In this document: positions 48,157 to 59,757 of the stretch, piece after piece | How the letters are laid out: each line of letters begins with the position of its first letter | Position numbering within the stretch: position 1 is the first letter of the stretch | Origin: a virus | Taxonomy: Duplodnaviria; Caudoviricetes | Reading direction: 5' to 3' (one strand) | IMG/VR virus record: IMGVR_UViG_3300002597_000001 | Span: 44,779 to 108,778 of that record | DNA: 64,000 nucleotides | The notes under the pieces: generated by a model | The model's input: only the letters and a program-made list of their open reading frames with translations | Database searches by the model: none | What the model was told of the DNA's origin: nothing | Program-made: the position numbers and the translations under genes

Positions 48157-51100
48157 ATCAAACCGCTCATTGAGTGCAAGCTCATAGTCTGTATAGAGGT
48201 CGTCGAGCAACTGCTTCTGATCGCTGATATAGCGGTCATACTGAGTTTCCTCAAGGTCAGACCGTGCATCATCTAGGCTAGACCGAAGTTTTTGGACATT
48301 GAGCCGCCCCTCTTCTGATGTGTCACCGCTATAGGCAGACAACTGTTTCTCAAGAGACGCGATATTCTTGGACTGCTCTTCAATCTTGGCTTGATAATCG
48401 TGGAGCGACTTAGCGCTACTGAGGCTGTCGTTGTATTGATCTATCAGCGTTTTGAGAGCATCAAGCTGTTTGTCAATGCCATTATGAACAAGGTCGATGA
48501 TGGCATCGCGCTCATCCTCTGCGGCTGAGATAGACTCCTGCTGAAGCTTGAGCAGTTCTTCGCGCCGCTTTAGAATCTCGGTGTTATACGGATCATCCGC
48601 CAGTTGCTTATTGACTTTGAGCATCTCGTCGCGGTACTGATCCGCCTGTGCCATGAGGATGTTATAATTCTGGCCGCGCAGACCCAAGGTAGCCATACCT
48701 GCATCTGTGAGTTTTCCGCCGTCATCAAAGAGCTCGTCGCGGTCGAGGAGGTCAATCAGGAAGTTGGACTCCTGCGTGAGCTGGGAGATTCTGTCCTGTA
48801 CAAAGTCAAAATAGCCCCACTCAACCTCACGCATGGTCTTGGCATATTCGAGAAGGCTTGTGTTGGCTTCATCAATAGCTTCTTTGACACCATTTATCTC
48901 GGCCTGCATTGAATACCACGCCGAACTATACATCTCTATCTCGCCGCTATTCATAGCCTCAGACATGGCGTCTACCATATCGTCAAGCTGTTTATTCAAG
49001 ATAGAGATGTTTTGCTTTTCGACATTAGATAGCGCGGTATAATACTCCGTGCTGATGAGATACCCCTTCTGCTCAAGCTGCTCGATTCCGTTCTGATATG
49101 TGTTTGTGAGGTGTTCATACAGTTTGAGCTGGTTGTTGTACTCCTCTTGTACATTGTCAAAGTTGTCCTGATATAGTTGCGCCATTGACTCGTGGAGCTC
49201 ATCTACAGCATCGCTGGCATCAAGGGCTTTGTCATAAAGGTCCTTGTATTGCTTTATCTTTTCGTTAAGCTCTTTGTCAGTAATGGTTTCAAGGTTGATC
49301 TTCCCCTCGCGTACCAGTGCTTTATAGGACTCATCTAGGCTGATGGTCTCGGCGGCATGCATATACTCATCATACGCCTGCTGTTGATAATCTATCTTAT
49401 CCGCAACTGTGGCAATTTCTTCGCCAAGAGCACTTGTGCGGGTTGTGAGAGACTTAAACGTAGACCCAGCAATACGAGCAAGGCTTTTGATTCTGCGCTC
49501 GATACGATCAAGCAGGACTTCAATCCAATCGAGATCTTCTGCGAAATCATCGGCAGAAGAAGACGCCTTAGATGAGGCTGTTTTGTTACCGTTGTAGGAA
49601 GAGGAAGATTTGTAGGAGTTAGAAGAGCTCGAAGAAGACGAGCTAGACCCTAGGGAAGTAGTTGATGATGTCTTCCTGCGTCTCTTACCGCCAGACCCAG
49701 AATCAAATGCGGTTCCGGTCGCCAACGCATTTCCGCGATTCTTACCATACTTAATTCGTCCGTATTTAAATATCTGCTCAGTTTGTTCGGCATTGAAAAT
49801 AATGTCGCCCTTCTTGTAATTAAAGAAGCCAGCACCATTTTCACCGATGGTATAATAATGGCCATCACGTACAAGGAGCTCAGTTCCTAATTCTCCGCCA
49901 AGAGCAACACCACTGTTTTTGGTTCCCCAGTAGCCATGAGCCATTGCAGTGCCTCTGGCGTGTGCGGTTCCAGAGAATCGTGCAGTACCATATGCACCAC
50001 CACGCCCAGTATCACCACGAGCAACATAATTCACATAGCGTGTGATGCTAGAAAAATATGTTGGGAGATTACTAGTATTCGGCGTATATGTTACAGTACG
50101 TGTTCCGCCATACGTTACAGCATTAACAGCGTCGATAAGCCCCGTTTCTGGAGTATACGTTGTTGTCCTGTTACCACCATCTGATTTTGCATCTTCCGCG
50201 TCTGTGTCTTCGGTATCAGCAAAGTAAGTAACGAACACAGACGGATCCATACTTTGCAAGCTTGCCAGCAGAGAATCAGCAGACGTTGTATCCAAATTAA
50301 GGTCGGCAGGAATAACCGCTTCCATGCTTTGGATTTGCGCAAGAAGCGCATCCGCATCCGCCTGTGCCTGCCCATCATCAATGCCAAGCTTTGCCGTTGC
50401 ATCTGCCGCCGCAAAGCTTTGCAACAAGCCAAGGAGCATATTCAGATCTCCCTCGGCAGTTGAGGAATTCACATCAACAGACATCAGCGTCGGGTACTCA
50501 AGACTCAGCTTCTCGGCCTCAAGCGCACCAAGAACTTGGACGGCCTCTTCAGCCCCAGCAAGTTCCATGTTGATAGTACCATCACTATTTCGCATACCAT
50601 CAAGGATGGATTGCACCTCTGTTATTTGGCTGTTAATACTGTCAAGGTCTGTCGAGTCAATATCAAATGATATATCTGTGAGACCGAGGCGTGTGAGCTG
50701 GTCGGCAGATTCTTGAGCTGTTTCCTTGAAACTCTGGAGTGCCGAAAGTGGAGTGTCAATATTGACATTCATCCCAGCATCTTTCATGGCTTGCTCAAGG
50801 AGTTGGATGGATTCAACAGACATGCCGGTTAGTTCGGATACACGTTGTAAATCGGACGCAGTCCAATCAAATGCATACGACCCATCGTCACCCACTTGCA
50901 CCAGACTGTCATCCAATGTGTCTACAGCGTCGAGGAAATTGTAAAGACCATCCGAGGAAAGCTTTTCGCTGTCTTCATCATATTGGAAGAAATCCATAAT
51001 GCTGAAATCAGTACCGGCAATCTTTTGTGTCAGCCTATCGAAGTCTGCATAGACATCACTGGTACGAGCGCTGGCCGCAAGCATTAGGTCAAGATACTCC

Positions 51101-53698
51101 GTTACTTCAGAATCAGACACCCATCCAAGATCAATAAGCTCTTTAACATTTTCGTAGCTATCGCCGATATTGGCGTATGCATCTCTGTTGTCGCCGCTGG
51201 ACTGAGCCTGTACAAACTTGTTGTAAGCAGAGGTTAATCCTTCGTACTGTGCCTGTAGCTCCAGCGCACTTTCGATTTGCGCTTCAAGCCCATTTACATT
51301 AGCCAGTGCGTTATTATACTCTTCTGTTCCAGCGGTATAATTTGACAGAGCTTCTGTGGCCGTGTTATACTCATTAATAAGGGCCTCGAGCTCATTCTGC
51401 ATTTCTGTTTTTGTATGCCTCTCGTACTCATCATTGAGTTCTTGCAATGCCTGAGTATTGAGTCGCACACCGGTCGTTGTTTTCTCAAAAAGATCAAAGG
51501 CGTTATAACCATCTAGATCTGAGAACATATCCTTGATAGCCTGGATGGAATCAGTTGACAGCCCGGTATCCGAAGCAGACTCCGACAGCGCAGTATAGAA
51601 CTTAGAAGCGGCTTCTGAGGCTTCCTCAAACCCGGTCTGCATCTCCTCGAGCGTAGCCGATACCGCCTCAGATGTTTCGGCAGACGTTGTTTTCGCCGCA
51701 TCCAACGCAGACATCCAGTCATCCATAGTCCATGCGCTGGTGTCATTCGACTGCTTAATACTGTAGAGAAGCTCGATCTCTTCACCAGACAGAGAATCAA
51801 TCCAATTACTCCATCCATCTTTTAACCACTTCTGACTGTCAGAAGAGAAGTCACTTACATCAAGCGCACCCTTGAGCTGGTTGCGGACCTCGTCAAAATC
51901 AAGCAACCCCATCTCAGCTTTAATAGAATTGATGACATCAATAATATTAACACCGGCGGCTTGAGCCGCAGCAGTTAATTCGGGGAACTGCGCCATGATG
52001 GCGTATAACGACAAATCGTGCTTGTTGGAAAGCGCTTCGCGTAGCGCATCAAAAGACCCCGACAGCGTGGGCCTGGACAGGAAACTCTGCACCTTTTCGA
52101 GTGCCTCGGCCCGTTTGCCGAGTTCTGTCAAAACCCATTGACCATCGTCTCCGCGTTCTTCATAGCCCGCCCTAAGCTTTTCAAGATGATTGATCTGCTC
52201 TATGATTTCTTTAAATCCACTGGCTTCTGCCAAACCAGCATCGACAATGGATTGTCTATACTGGTCAATAAGACTCCAATTGTCTGAAATCTGTGTCGCA
52301 AACTCTGAAATCTGATCCTGATTATTCTTGTATTCTTCGGAGTTGTGGTCAACTATTTCACCCTGACGCTCTTGTAAATCATTGAGTGTTTCCTGCTTGC
52401 GAATAGTTGCCTCGATTATATTAACGCTTTCACTTTGATTTTCCTTAACAAGTTCTGCGGTTTTACCGCCATCAAATGCGGCCATTTTCCCGGATGTGGA
52501 CATTGCCATCGATTGTCCAACAGAATATAAGATGTCATTCCAGAACCCGTGCTTTACAGTCTGTCCACCGCCAAACGCCATGAAGCCCTCGTTCTCCAAC
52601 GCAGAACGAGCCGCGTTTGCTGCGGCCTCAGCTTCAACTTGGGCTATTTGTTGTTTGTACGCTAACTGGCGCTCAAGGCTGGATTCTGTCTCATACAGTT
52701 TGTCCAGTTCATTCTGCTCGACGAGCGTTAAACCACCCTTTGCATTCAACTCGTCAATACGAGATCCTGTTGATTGCAGTTCGTTTTGGATAGACTGAAT
52801 TTCACTTTGTGTTTGCTCGTAATTTTGCCTTGCCTCATCTGCGGACTTGGCAGCTTCGTCAAAGGTGGTTGTTAAGGCGTCATAAGCAATGGCGGCAGCA
52901 CCAACTACAAGCGCAACGCCACCAATAACGCCAAGGAATGTCGCTAATGCGGTTGTCGAGACACCGATAGATGCTGCCATTGCTTCGAATTTTAAACTGG
53001 TCGCAGCCGCAACATCACCGAGACTTGTGATTCCTGTCGCCGCGCCAGTTGTCATTGTCAATGCAGATAATATTTCAGACGATTTTAATACTTTAATTAT
53101 TTTGCCAAGATTTTTAATTAGGTCAAGCCCTGTCAGTGCGCCAATTGCTACCGGGAGGGCTCCGAATTTGTTCACAAGATTATCAATGACTTCGATGGCT
53201 TTTGTGCCGAAGTCTACGATACCTTTAGTGAGGTCAGAAGAAAGGACATCACGAGCCAAGACTTGAGCACTTGTTTTGAGCTGCTCAATCTTCTTCTCGG
53301 TAGTGTCCATGACTACTTCGTTAGCTTTGGCGGCGGTTCCGGCGGCATTTGTCGCATCAGCAAGCGCCTTTTCTGCGTCGCCAAAGTTCTGCATAATACT
53401 TGAGATAACCGTTAAACCACGAGTGCCACCAAGTATCTCCGAGATACGAGCTTGCTGAGTTTGAGACAACTGATCCCAGACTTGGCTGAGTTCTTTGAAG
53501 ATATCATACACGTCCTTATATGTGTTATCATTTATCATGATATCCACACCGGACATGGCTTTGATTTCTTCACGATACTTACTCATACCATCGGCCAGAT
53601 CACTATAATCCTCGCCAAGCTCTTCGAGGTCAGACGTGGATTTTGTAATACGTGCAGAGATTGTTTTTAAGGCAGTTCCCACTACCTGTGCATTTTGC
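48157..53698 (-). CDS. tape measure protein, exon 2
   Basis: Long helical Ala/Glu-rich ORF; GTALKTISARI; in frame with exons 1 and 3. Confidence 0.9.
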
Positions 53699-55145
53699 CG
53701 GTCTGTTACTTTCGGCTATGGCTGCCTACTGACCATCAAATGATGGCGGAGAAGTCTTTCGGCTTCTCTCTGCGATTTTATTATTCCAGATATAGTCGCA
53801 GTTCTGACCATCCGTTCACCCATTTACATGGGGCTGGCATACGCCCCGTAGTTACCTACGGGGCTGTGGTCGATACAGGGATTGTGATATTAGATATAAA
53901 TGACGACAAAAGATCCGGTATACGATTGATTTCGTAATACCAGATCTCTAAAAGCGGGATATTATATTGTGATGCATATTCTCGTTTTAATCTATCATGT
54001 TCTTGCTGAATTTCAAATTGCGATTGCCCACCAAATTTATCAACAGGATGGTCGTGCTGTTCTCCTTGAAATTCAACTAAAGCATCATATTCTTTAAGAT
54101 AAAAATCATATGATAAGTTGCCGCCCCTAGGGCCAAACAACCCATCATATCTTTTCCCAAATGTATATAAGATATTATTTGCATCTAAATAATTTCTAAT
54201 CATTCGCTCACCATGTGGCATATTGCAATATGGGCAACCCTCTCCCTTATATAAATTGAATGGAATTCCATTATATATCTTATGACATTCGCCACATTCA
54301 ATCTCAACCGGAGTTTTTGAGTTTATATATTTCCCGACTGGGATTGCGGTCGGGATTGCCTCTTTAAGACGACGTTCAAAATATGCTTGTGTTGCTCTGC
54401 TACTGTCACCAACGCGCTTGTTCGCGCAATTCGGGCACCCAAAACCAGTATGTAAATTATAACCTCTTGCTTTCCATTTGTGATGGCACACTAAGCATTC
54501 GCAATCAATATAATCTTTAGCTGTCTTGTATTCAGAAAGAAGCATAATATTTGGGCTTTTCCCTTTGATACGATCAACAAATGAATCGTTAGACAACCTT
54601 TGAGAAATCCCGCGCCTCTCCACTGCACATATAGGGCAACATGAGTTATGCAAAATACTATCCGCATAAGTATCCCACTCGTGTGCGCAATCAGTGTTCT
54701 TAAAATGCATTATAGATTTTTGATTGTAATACTCTCCAGATACTTCCACATTTGGATGTAACACATTTACTTTTATAAGGTATAATTGTTCTCTAAATTT
54801 TCTGAGCTCTGGTTTTGTTAGGTGATCGCATTTGGGACATCCGCTACTCCCATATAATAGTGTTTGTGCTTTGCAACTATGTTCGTGCCCGCACTTCTTG
54901 CAACGAACAGTAACATATTCTTTTGGCCCATTTGGATATGTCAACAACTCAAGCGTTGGGTATCCTTTACTTATAATGTCATATATCTGCTCATTAGTAT
55001 AATAACCTTGTTTATTCAAAAAATCCTCCCTATAATACACGGTCTAATATCACAATCTTACCCACGGGATTGTCCCTCTGGTAGGAGTTTCCCCGTTTTG
55101 AGCCAGTTCCTCTCCACTTATTACTAAGCGGCTCGGCACAATTCT
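53699..55145 (-). mobile_element. group I intron in the tape measure gene carrying an endonuclease ORF
   Basis: P1 UCGGU/GCCGA; CTCAAAACGGGGAAAC, ACAATCCCGTGGG, P7 GACCA/TGGTC; omega-G 53699; splicing gives ANAS-V-QNAQVVGTAL. Confidence 0.92.
53856..55040 (-). CDS. intron-encoded endonuclease: Zn-ribbon repeats + Vsr/PD-(D/E)XK-like C-terminal domain
   Basis: Four C..C...CP.C-type repeats; HGE..I, YDFY, VEFQGEQH, D..K; probable start is TTG 55019. Confidence 0.82.
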   Translation of the reverse strand: MYYREDFLNKQGYYTNEQIYDIISKGYPTLELLTYPNGPKEYVTVRCKKCGHEHSCKAQTLLYGSSGCPKCDHLTKPELRKFREQLYLIKVNVLHPNVEVSGEYYNQKSIMHFKNTDCAHEWDTYADSILHNSCCPICAVERRGISQRLSNDSFVDRIKGKSPNIMLLSEYKTAKDYIDCECLVCHHKWKARGYNLHTGFGCPNCANKRVGDSSRATQAYFERRLKEAIPTAIPVGKYINSKTPVEIECGECHKIYNGIPFNLYKGEGCPYCNMPHGERMIRNYLDANNILYTFGKRYDGLFGPRGGNLSYDFYLKEYDALVEFQGEQHDHPVDKFGGQSQFEIQQEHDRLKREYASQYNIPLLEIWYYEINRIPDLLSSFISNITIPVSTTAP

Positions 55146-56242
55146 ACCGACGCGTTTGCGGCTGCAAACAGAGCCATGGATTTCTCCATGCTCGTACCAG
55201 CAGCCATAAGTGCCGCACCAGATCTCTCTGATGCAGTAACGATCTCTTCGCTGCTAATAGCGTAGTTCTTGCCAATAATCGAGATTACGTCAGCGATGTG
55301 TTCCGCCTCAGATACATCTTTGCCCCATCCCTTCAGGATTGATGTGATGCCCGTCGTAGCGGAAGACACATCCATATCTGCTATATTACCAAGCACGGTC
55401 GCCCACTTAGACAGGTCAAGAGACTCATTAAGGCTGTATCCAAGACGACTAAACGTCTCAACGGACCCTAACATATCCTTGACTTCAACACCAAGCTGTT
55501 TTGCGCTCTCTGCGCTTCGCTCAAAAAACGTATCTAACTGACTGCCGCTGGCCCCGGTAACAACCTGAAGCTGTGCCAGAGCACTCTCGATTTCAATTGC
55601 ACTCTCTACCATCTCTCTTGCGGCTTTTCGCAATTCTCTGGCCGCGAGAGCAACGCCAGCTTTAGCCAGTCCGCCAAGTACAGTACCTCCAAGGGCCTGT
55701 TTTAACGCTTTGCCCATGTCGGAAACAGTCGTGCTTGTTAGTTTGGCCTCAGATTGCAACTCTCTAAACTCAGCACCTATTTGTTTAATTGCGGCGGAAT
55801 CTCCAGCCTTTATTGCCTCCGAGAGTCTCCTTTGCAGGTCATTGAGTGCCGCCCCGTATTTTTCTGTATACTGAGTATTCTCTTTAAGCCAATTGGCCAT
55901 ATTATTTGAGAGTGTTTTGCCATTTGTGGCTGAAAGGGTTTGTTTTTGTGCATCACTCAAAGCCCTTGCCTGTTCTTTAGCGAGTTGCTGGATTTGTTTG
56001 GCCTGCTGTTTGGCCCAATCGTCGGATGCCTTTTGTTGTGCAGTAGCCATGCTTTTTGCACTGCTCTCTGCGGCTTTCTTACTTGCATTTTCTTGGGCTC
56101 TTTGTAAACTGGCCTCAAGCTGTTTTGCAAATTCCCCTTCAGGGGTAAGCTTTACTTTAAATTCTTTCCCGCTGAACCAACCTTGGACATTTGATTCAGT
56201 AGCGGGATCAACACCAAGTATGACTCTTACGTCTTCTGCCAT
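55146..56242 (-). CDS. tape measure protein, exon 1 (spliced total ~2579 aa)
   Basis: TP901-type TMP core: ESALAQL..VT...F..LGYS. Confidence 0.9.
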
Positions 56243-56296
56243 CTTCTCACCACCTCAATTATAAGAATTGGAGCCGCGAGAAGCGGCTCCTTACGT

Positions 56297-56752
56297 TTAT
56301 GTGTACAGCGGATTAATGGTCACGCTTTGTACGTCTATGCCGCCCCCAAGGGAATCCTTCCATGCGTTCACACCGGACTCCACAAATGCCTGTCCGACAT
56401 AGCTTGCTCTGGCTCTTACCCGTTGTCCATGCCAAACTCCGAACGGTGCTCTCGCAGAATCATAACTCCATCCCTGTGAGAACAATCCATAAATATCATG
56501 CACAGCTCCAGTAAAAGAACTTCTTGTCTTGTTCTGAAATTCCAGAGATATGCTTGCAGTTCCATCATTATTCTTCTGTACGGACGCGGAGGCCGAAAAC
56601 CCGGGAGCTAAAGCCGGTGGTACGACCGCTTGGATGCACGAAACAAGACTACTAGTCAGCCCATTTAAGTCCACCTTTTTGATCGCGGCCTCAGAGACCT
56701 TTGCTTTACCGGGTCCTTTAGCCCAAGCGTTCAGTTTATCGTCTAAACTCAC
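56297..56752 (-). CDS. hypothetical tail-region protein
   Basis: Operon context. Confidence 0.6.
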   Translation of the reverse strand: MSLDDKLNAWAKGPGKAKVSEAAIKKVDLNGLTSSLVSCIQAVVPPALAPGFSASASVQKNNDGTASISLEFQNKTRSSFTGAVHDIYGLFSQGWSYDSARAPFGVWHGQRVRARASYVGQAFVESGVNAWKDSLGGGIDVQSVTINPLYT

Positions 56753-57366
56753 TCAGCATCATCTCCGCCCAGCAGATGTAAAATCTCGGTGTTGTTAAGA
56801 CCCAGCCGGTCGGCCTGCTCCAACACATCCAGAAACTCCTCAACTGCTTTTCTTGGGATCACAGCCTCAATGCGGTCAAATATGTTCAGAACACGTCGCG
56901 CAAGCTCTTCGCGACCCCCTTGTTTTTCTTCGAGTTTCCTCTCAATATCAGCCCGAAGCCCATATAAATCATCGTGGATACAATCGGTGATCTGACGATA
57001 AAAACTATCATCCCCAGCCAGCTCCCAGATCGCTTCGAGTCCGGCACTCTTCGAGGAGAAATCCAAATTGGTGTAGTATTCTAGAATGGTAGCACGAAGC
57101 ACAGGTTCCATGTACTCAATGGCAACCCTACGATGTGCGTCTACGGTCGCCGCTGTCGTTGTCTCCTCGTCATACTCATACCACTCAGGAAGTGGGCAAC
57201 AAGCCTGAGTCACCGTATTCACAATCGAGAGAAGCTCCGACAGCGGCAAGCGGCGTTTTACCTCTACCGTAACTATCTCGTCTCCGGCTTGAAATTCGAC
57301 GATAGCCGGAGCCTCGGCTTTTGCTTTGACAACCTTCTGCCAATCAGTAAATTTAACCTTACTCAT
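56749..57366 (-). CDS. putative tail assembly chaperone
   Basis: Between the major tail and TMP genes; ILEYYTN; AAGGAG RBS. Confidence 0.5.
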   Translation of the reverse strand: MSKVKFTDWQKVVKAKAEAPAIVEFQAGDEIVTVEVKRRLPLSELLSIVNTVTQACCPLPEWYEYDEETTTAATVDAHRRVAIEYMEPVLRATILEYYTNLDFSSKSAGLEAIWELAGDDSFYRQITDCIHDDLYGLRADIERKLEEKQGGREELARRVLNIFDRIEAVIPRKAVEEFLDVLEQADRLGLNNTEILHLLGGDDAE

Positions 57367-57904
57367 ATAAAATCTCCTTTTCCTTATAATTGTCCCGGGA
57401 CGCCAGAAGAAATTTCTCCATATCATATCTGTACCGGGTTCTCAACTTATGTTGATCTATAATCGTGTACCGCAAACCACGAGAATCCAAGTCTTTTAGA
57501 TTAAAGCTTTTCTTGTCAATAGAAGTTGACAGCTCGGTAAACGTATCTATGTCTAAAAAAATAGTTTTTTCTAACCCGCGAAATTCAATAATAAACCCGG
57601 AAATTACTCTGTCGTATTTGCCCCACTGCTGGAGCCCGCATATCTGATGCACATGAATTTCCCCGTGCTCCTCCTTCGTCCTCTCAAATGATATAGACTT
57701 TCCAGATACGGTCTTTAATTCGAGAGCATACAAAAGTCCGCACACAGGGTCAAAAATCATCGCGTCAAATGGGTTCTTTTGACTAAACCGCAGACTGCTA
57801 TTATTCCCGAATGCACCAGCTGGGTCTTTTAGCCGATAATACAGATACTCATCTGGTGTATTTTCTTTTATAGCCTGTTCAAATTGCTTTCCTATAGTAG
57901 CCAT
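57359..57904 (-). CDS. RecU-like Holliday junction resolvase
   Basis: GKQFE, YRLKD, NPFD, ALELK, HQI..L. Confidence 0.78.
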   Translation of the reverse strand: MATIGKQFEQAIKENTPDEYLYYRLKDPAGAFGNNSSLRFSQKNPFDAMIFDPVCGLLYALELKTVSGKSISFERTKEEHGEIHVHQICGLQQWGKYDRVISGFIIEFRGLEKTIFLDIDTFTELSTSIDKKSFNLKDLDSRGLRYTIIDQHKLRTRYRYDMEKFLLASRDNYKEKEILYE

Positions 57905-57921
57905 TCTGTATCTCCATAAAA

Positions 57922-57947
57922 ATGGGAGGCAGTTTCCTGCCTCCCAC
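57922..57947 (-). terminator. intrinsic terminator after the major tail gene
   Basis: TGGGAGGC/GCCTCCCA hairpin followed by TTTT on the - strand. Confidence 0.65.
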
Positions 57948-57957
57948 ATACTTGTAA

Positions 57958-58500
57958 TTAGGACTCGCTGCTCTGAGTAGCGATGGTGCTGGAGTAGACG
58001 TTACCGTCATCGTCCTCGGCCAGGTTGAAGGTGATATCCACAGAGTTGGGATCGCCGGTGCCGGTATAAGTGATGTTGAATGCCTTCTCGGGAGAAGCCT
58101 TGAACAGCTTGACAGACTCGGTGTACAGAGTGGAATCCTCATCCTTCCAAACAGTCTCGCCCTCAACAACATAGAACTTATTAGCGTCGTTGTTATTAAA
58201 GACAACCTCGTTGCCAGAGAAGGAACTCATGTCCTTGCCAGCAACAAGAGCCATAAGCTCGGAGGTCATCAGCTGAGTGCTGATGGTGAAGGTGCCCTCC
58301 ATAGGATCATTGAAGGGAACGCGGTTTGCGTGAGAACGGCCACCGGTGGCCCATACGGTACCGGAGCTCAGTTCCAGAGAGCACTCGTTGATATAGTCAA
58401 CAGTCATCAGGGGCTCGGCATTTTCCGTCTTGGGGAAAGCATAGATTTTAAAGTCAAGGCCCCAACGGTTGGCATACTTGGTATTCTTATTCAGTGCCAT
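57958..58500 (-). CDS. major tail tube protein
   Basis: Position; ATGG motif; G.GDP...ITF; strongly biased codon use; own terminator. Confidence 0.7.
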   Translation of the reverse strand: MALNKNTKYANRWGLDFKIYAFPKTENAEPLMTVDYINECSLELSSGTVWATGGRSHANRVPFNDPMEGTFTISTQLMTSELMALVAGKDMSSFSGNEVVFNNNDANKFYVVEGETVWKDEDSTLYTESVKLFKASPEKAFNITYTGTGDPNSVDITFNLAEDDDGNVYSSTIATQSSES

Positions 58501-58516
58501 GTTGAATCAATCCTTT

Positions 58517-59272
58517 CTATTGTTGTACTGGGTTCATCCAGTCATTAAAGTTAAAGCTATCGCTTCCGTGGTTCGAGACAATTGCCTCAGAGAAAGCGAT
58601 AGACTTTAGATACGCACTCTGGAAGAATGCGTCATAAAACTGAAATATAGTAAGCTCTTGAATATTGAGCATATTGTAAGTGGGATGTATTGCGCATAAT
58701 TTGGACATATAATTGCCGATGGTATTAGTTGTGTCGTCGTCTTCGCTCCGCGCTGTTTTTCGCTGGTACTCCTGTATTTTTTTCCATGCCGCTTCTGCCG
58801 CAGCAGATGAGAATTTTGTGTTTACATCTGCCCGCTTGAGCGAGATGTAATTCATGCGCAGGATGACCTCGCGAACATCATCAAAATTATCCTCGTCAAT
58901 TGATCCGACAATAGATAGTGACGTCTCTCCATCTTCATTTGGTGTTGCAGAAACCACAATAAAACAGCCGTGGTCTTCTGAGAACACGACTGTTTCGAGC
59001 ATAAAAAACCCGAGAGCCATACGATACAACTCTCGAATTGATTCGTTATTCACGACAATATGGAACAAGGTTTGGTTCTCTTCTGCAATACCAAAAAACT
59101 CTGCAATATCACTCGCAGACGCTTTTAACAAATATATGTAGAGATTATATGTCTGCCATCCAATTCCACATGTCGGCATCATTTCTTTCAGTTGCGGAGA
59201 CCTGAAGTGCCCCACACCAGTCATTGGAACGTAATCGCCAGACAACATGTCGGCATAAGACAATTCCGTCAT
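58517..59272 (-). CDS. conserved structural-module protein
   Basis: LTIFQFYD.F motif; operon context. Confidence 0.6.
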   Translation of the reverse strand: MTELSYADMLSGDYVPMTGVGHFRSPQLKEMMPTCGIGWQTYNLYIYLLKASASDIAEFFGIAEENQTLFHIVVNNESIRELYRMALGFFMLETVVFSEDHGCFIVVSATPNEDGETSLSIVGSIDEDNFDDVREVILRMNYISLKRADVNTKFSSAAAEAAWKKIQEYQRKTARSEDDDTTNTIGNYMSKLCAIHPTYNMLNIQELTIFQFYDAFFQSAYLKSIAFSEAIVSNHGSDSFNFNDWMNPVQQ

Positions 59273-59757
59273 ACGATTGTTGGCACCTTATATGTGAGAA
59301 TCCTAGATGTATATCCAGTGGGTACAGTCCCAATAGTCGCAGAGATGAGATTTAGGCCACCAATGCCAAATTCGTTGTTATCTTCGAGCATTTCGTGAAT
59401 CCTCATGGCTATATTATCCCTACGATTGCCCTTATACCCTTTAAACAACTTTGGATTCAGATCCATAAATTGTTTAGATAAAACCACATTGACATACAAA
59501 TACATTGTTGCCATGGTTGGAGAGTCGAGCGACACAAGCTCTGTCTCGATAATAATGTAGGCATTGGCTGTTAATGACGTCTCATCGACGTAGTCATGCC
59601 CCTTTACGCGAGACTCATAAATCTCTGCATCATCACTATCTGGGTCATATCCCGGATTGTCAGCAAGCAATCCCATAGCCTTCTGATCCTGCAAAATCAT
59701 AGACCTAACAGTATATGGATAGTCAACGATCTCTCGTAGACCAGTCATTTTTGGCAA
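59269..59757 (-). CDS. putative tail terminator/neck protein
   Basis: Position before the tail tube gene; R.D.IA..I. Confidence 0.5.
   Translation of the reverse strand: MPKMTGLREIVDYPYTVRSMILQDQKAMGLLADNPGYDPDSDDAEIYESRVKGHDYVDETSLTANAYIIIETELVSLDSPTMATMYLYVNVVLSKQFMDLNPKLFKGYKGNRRDNIAMRIHEMLEDNNEFGIGGLNLISATIGTVPTGYTSRILTYKVPTIV

Noticed and set aside
44888-56242. Tape measure, nrdD or lysin fragments as pseudogenes or stop-codon recoding
   Set aside because: Precise group I splice junctions restore each frame; other genes use the standard code
56297-57366. Programmed frameshift in the tail chaperone genes
   Set aside because: No convincing slippery heptamer near the 3' end; the downstream ORF has its own RBS and GTGA overlap
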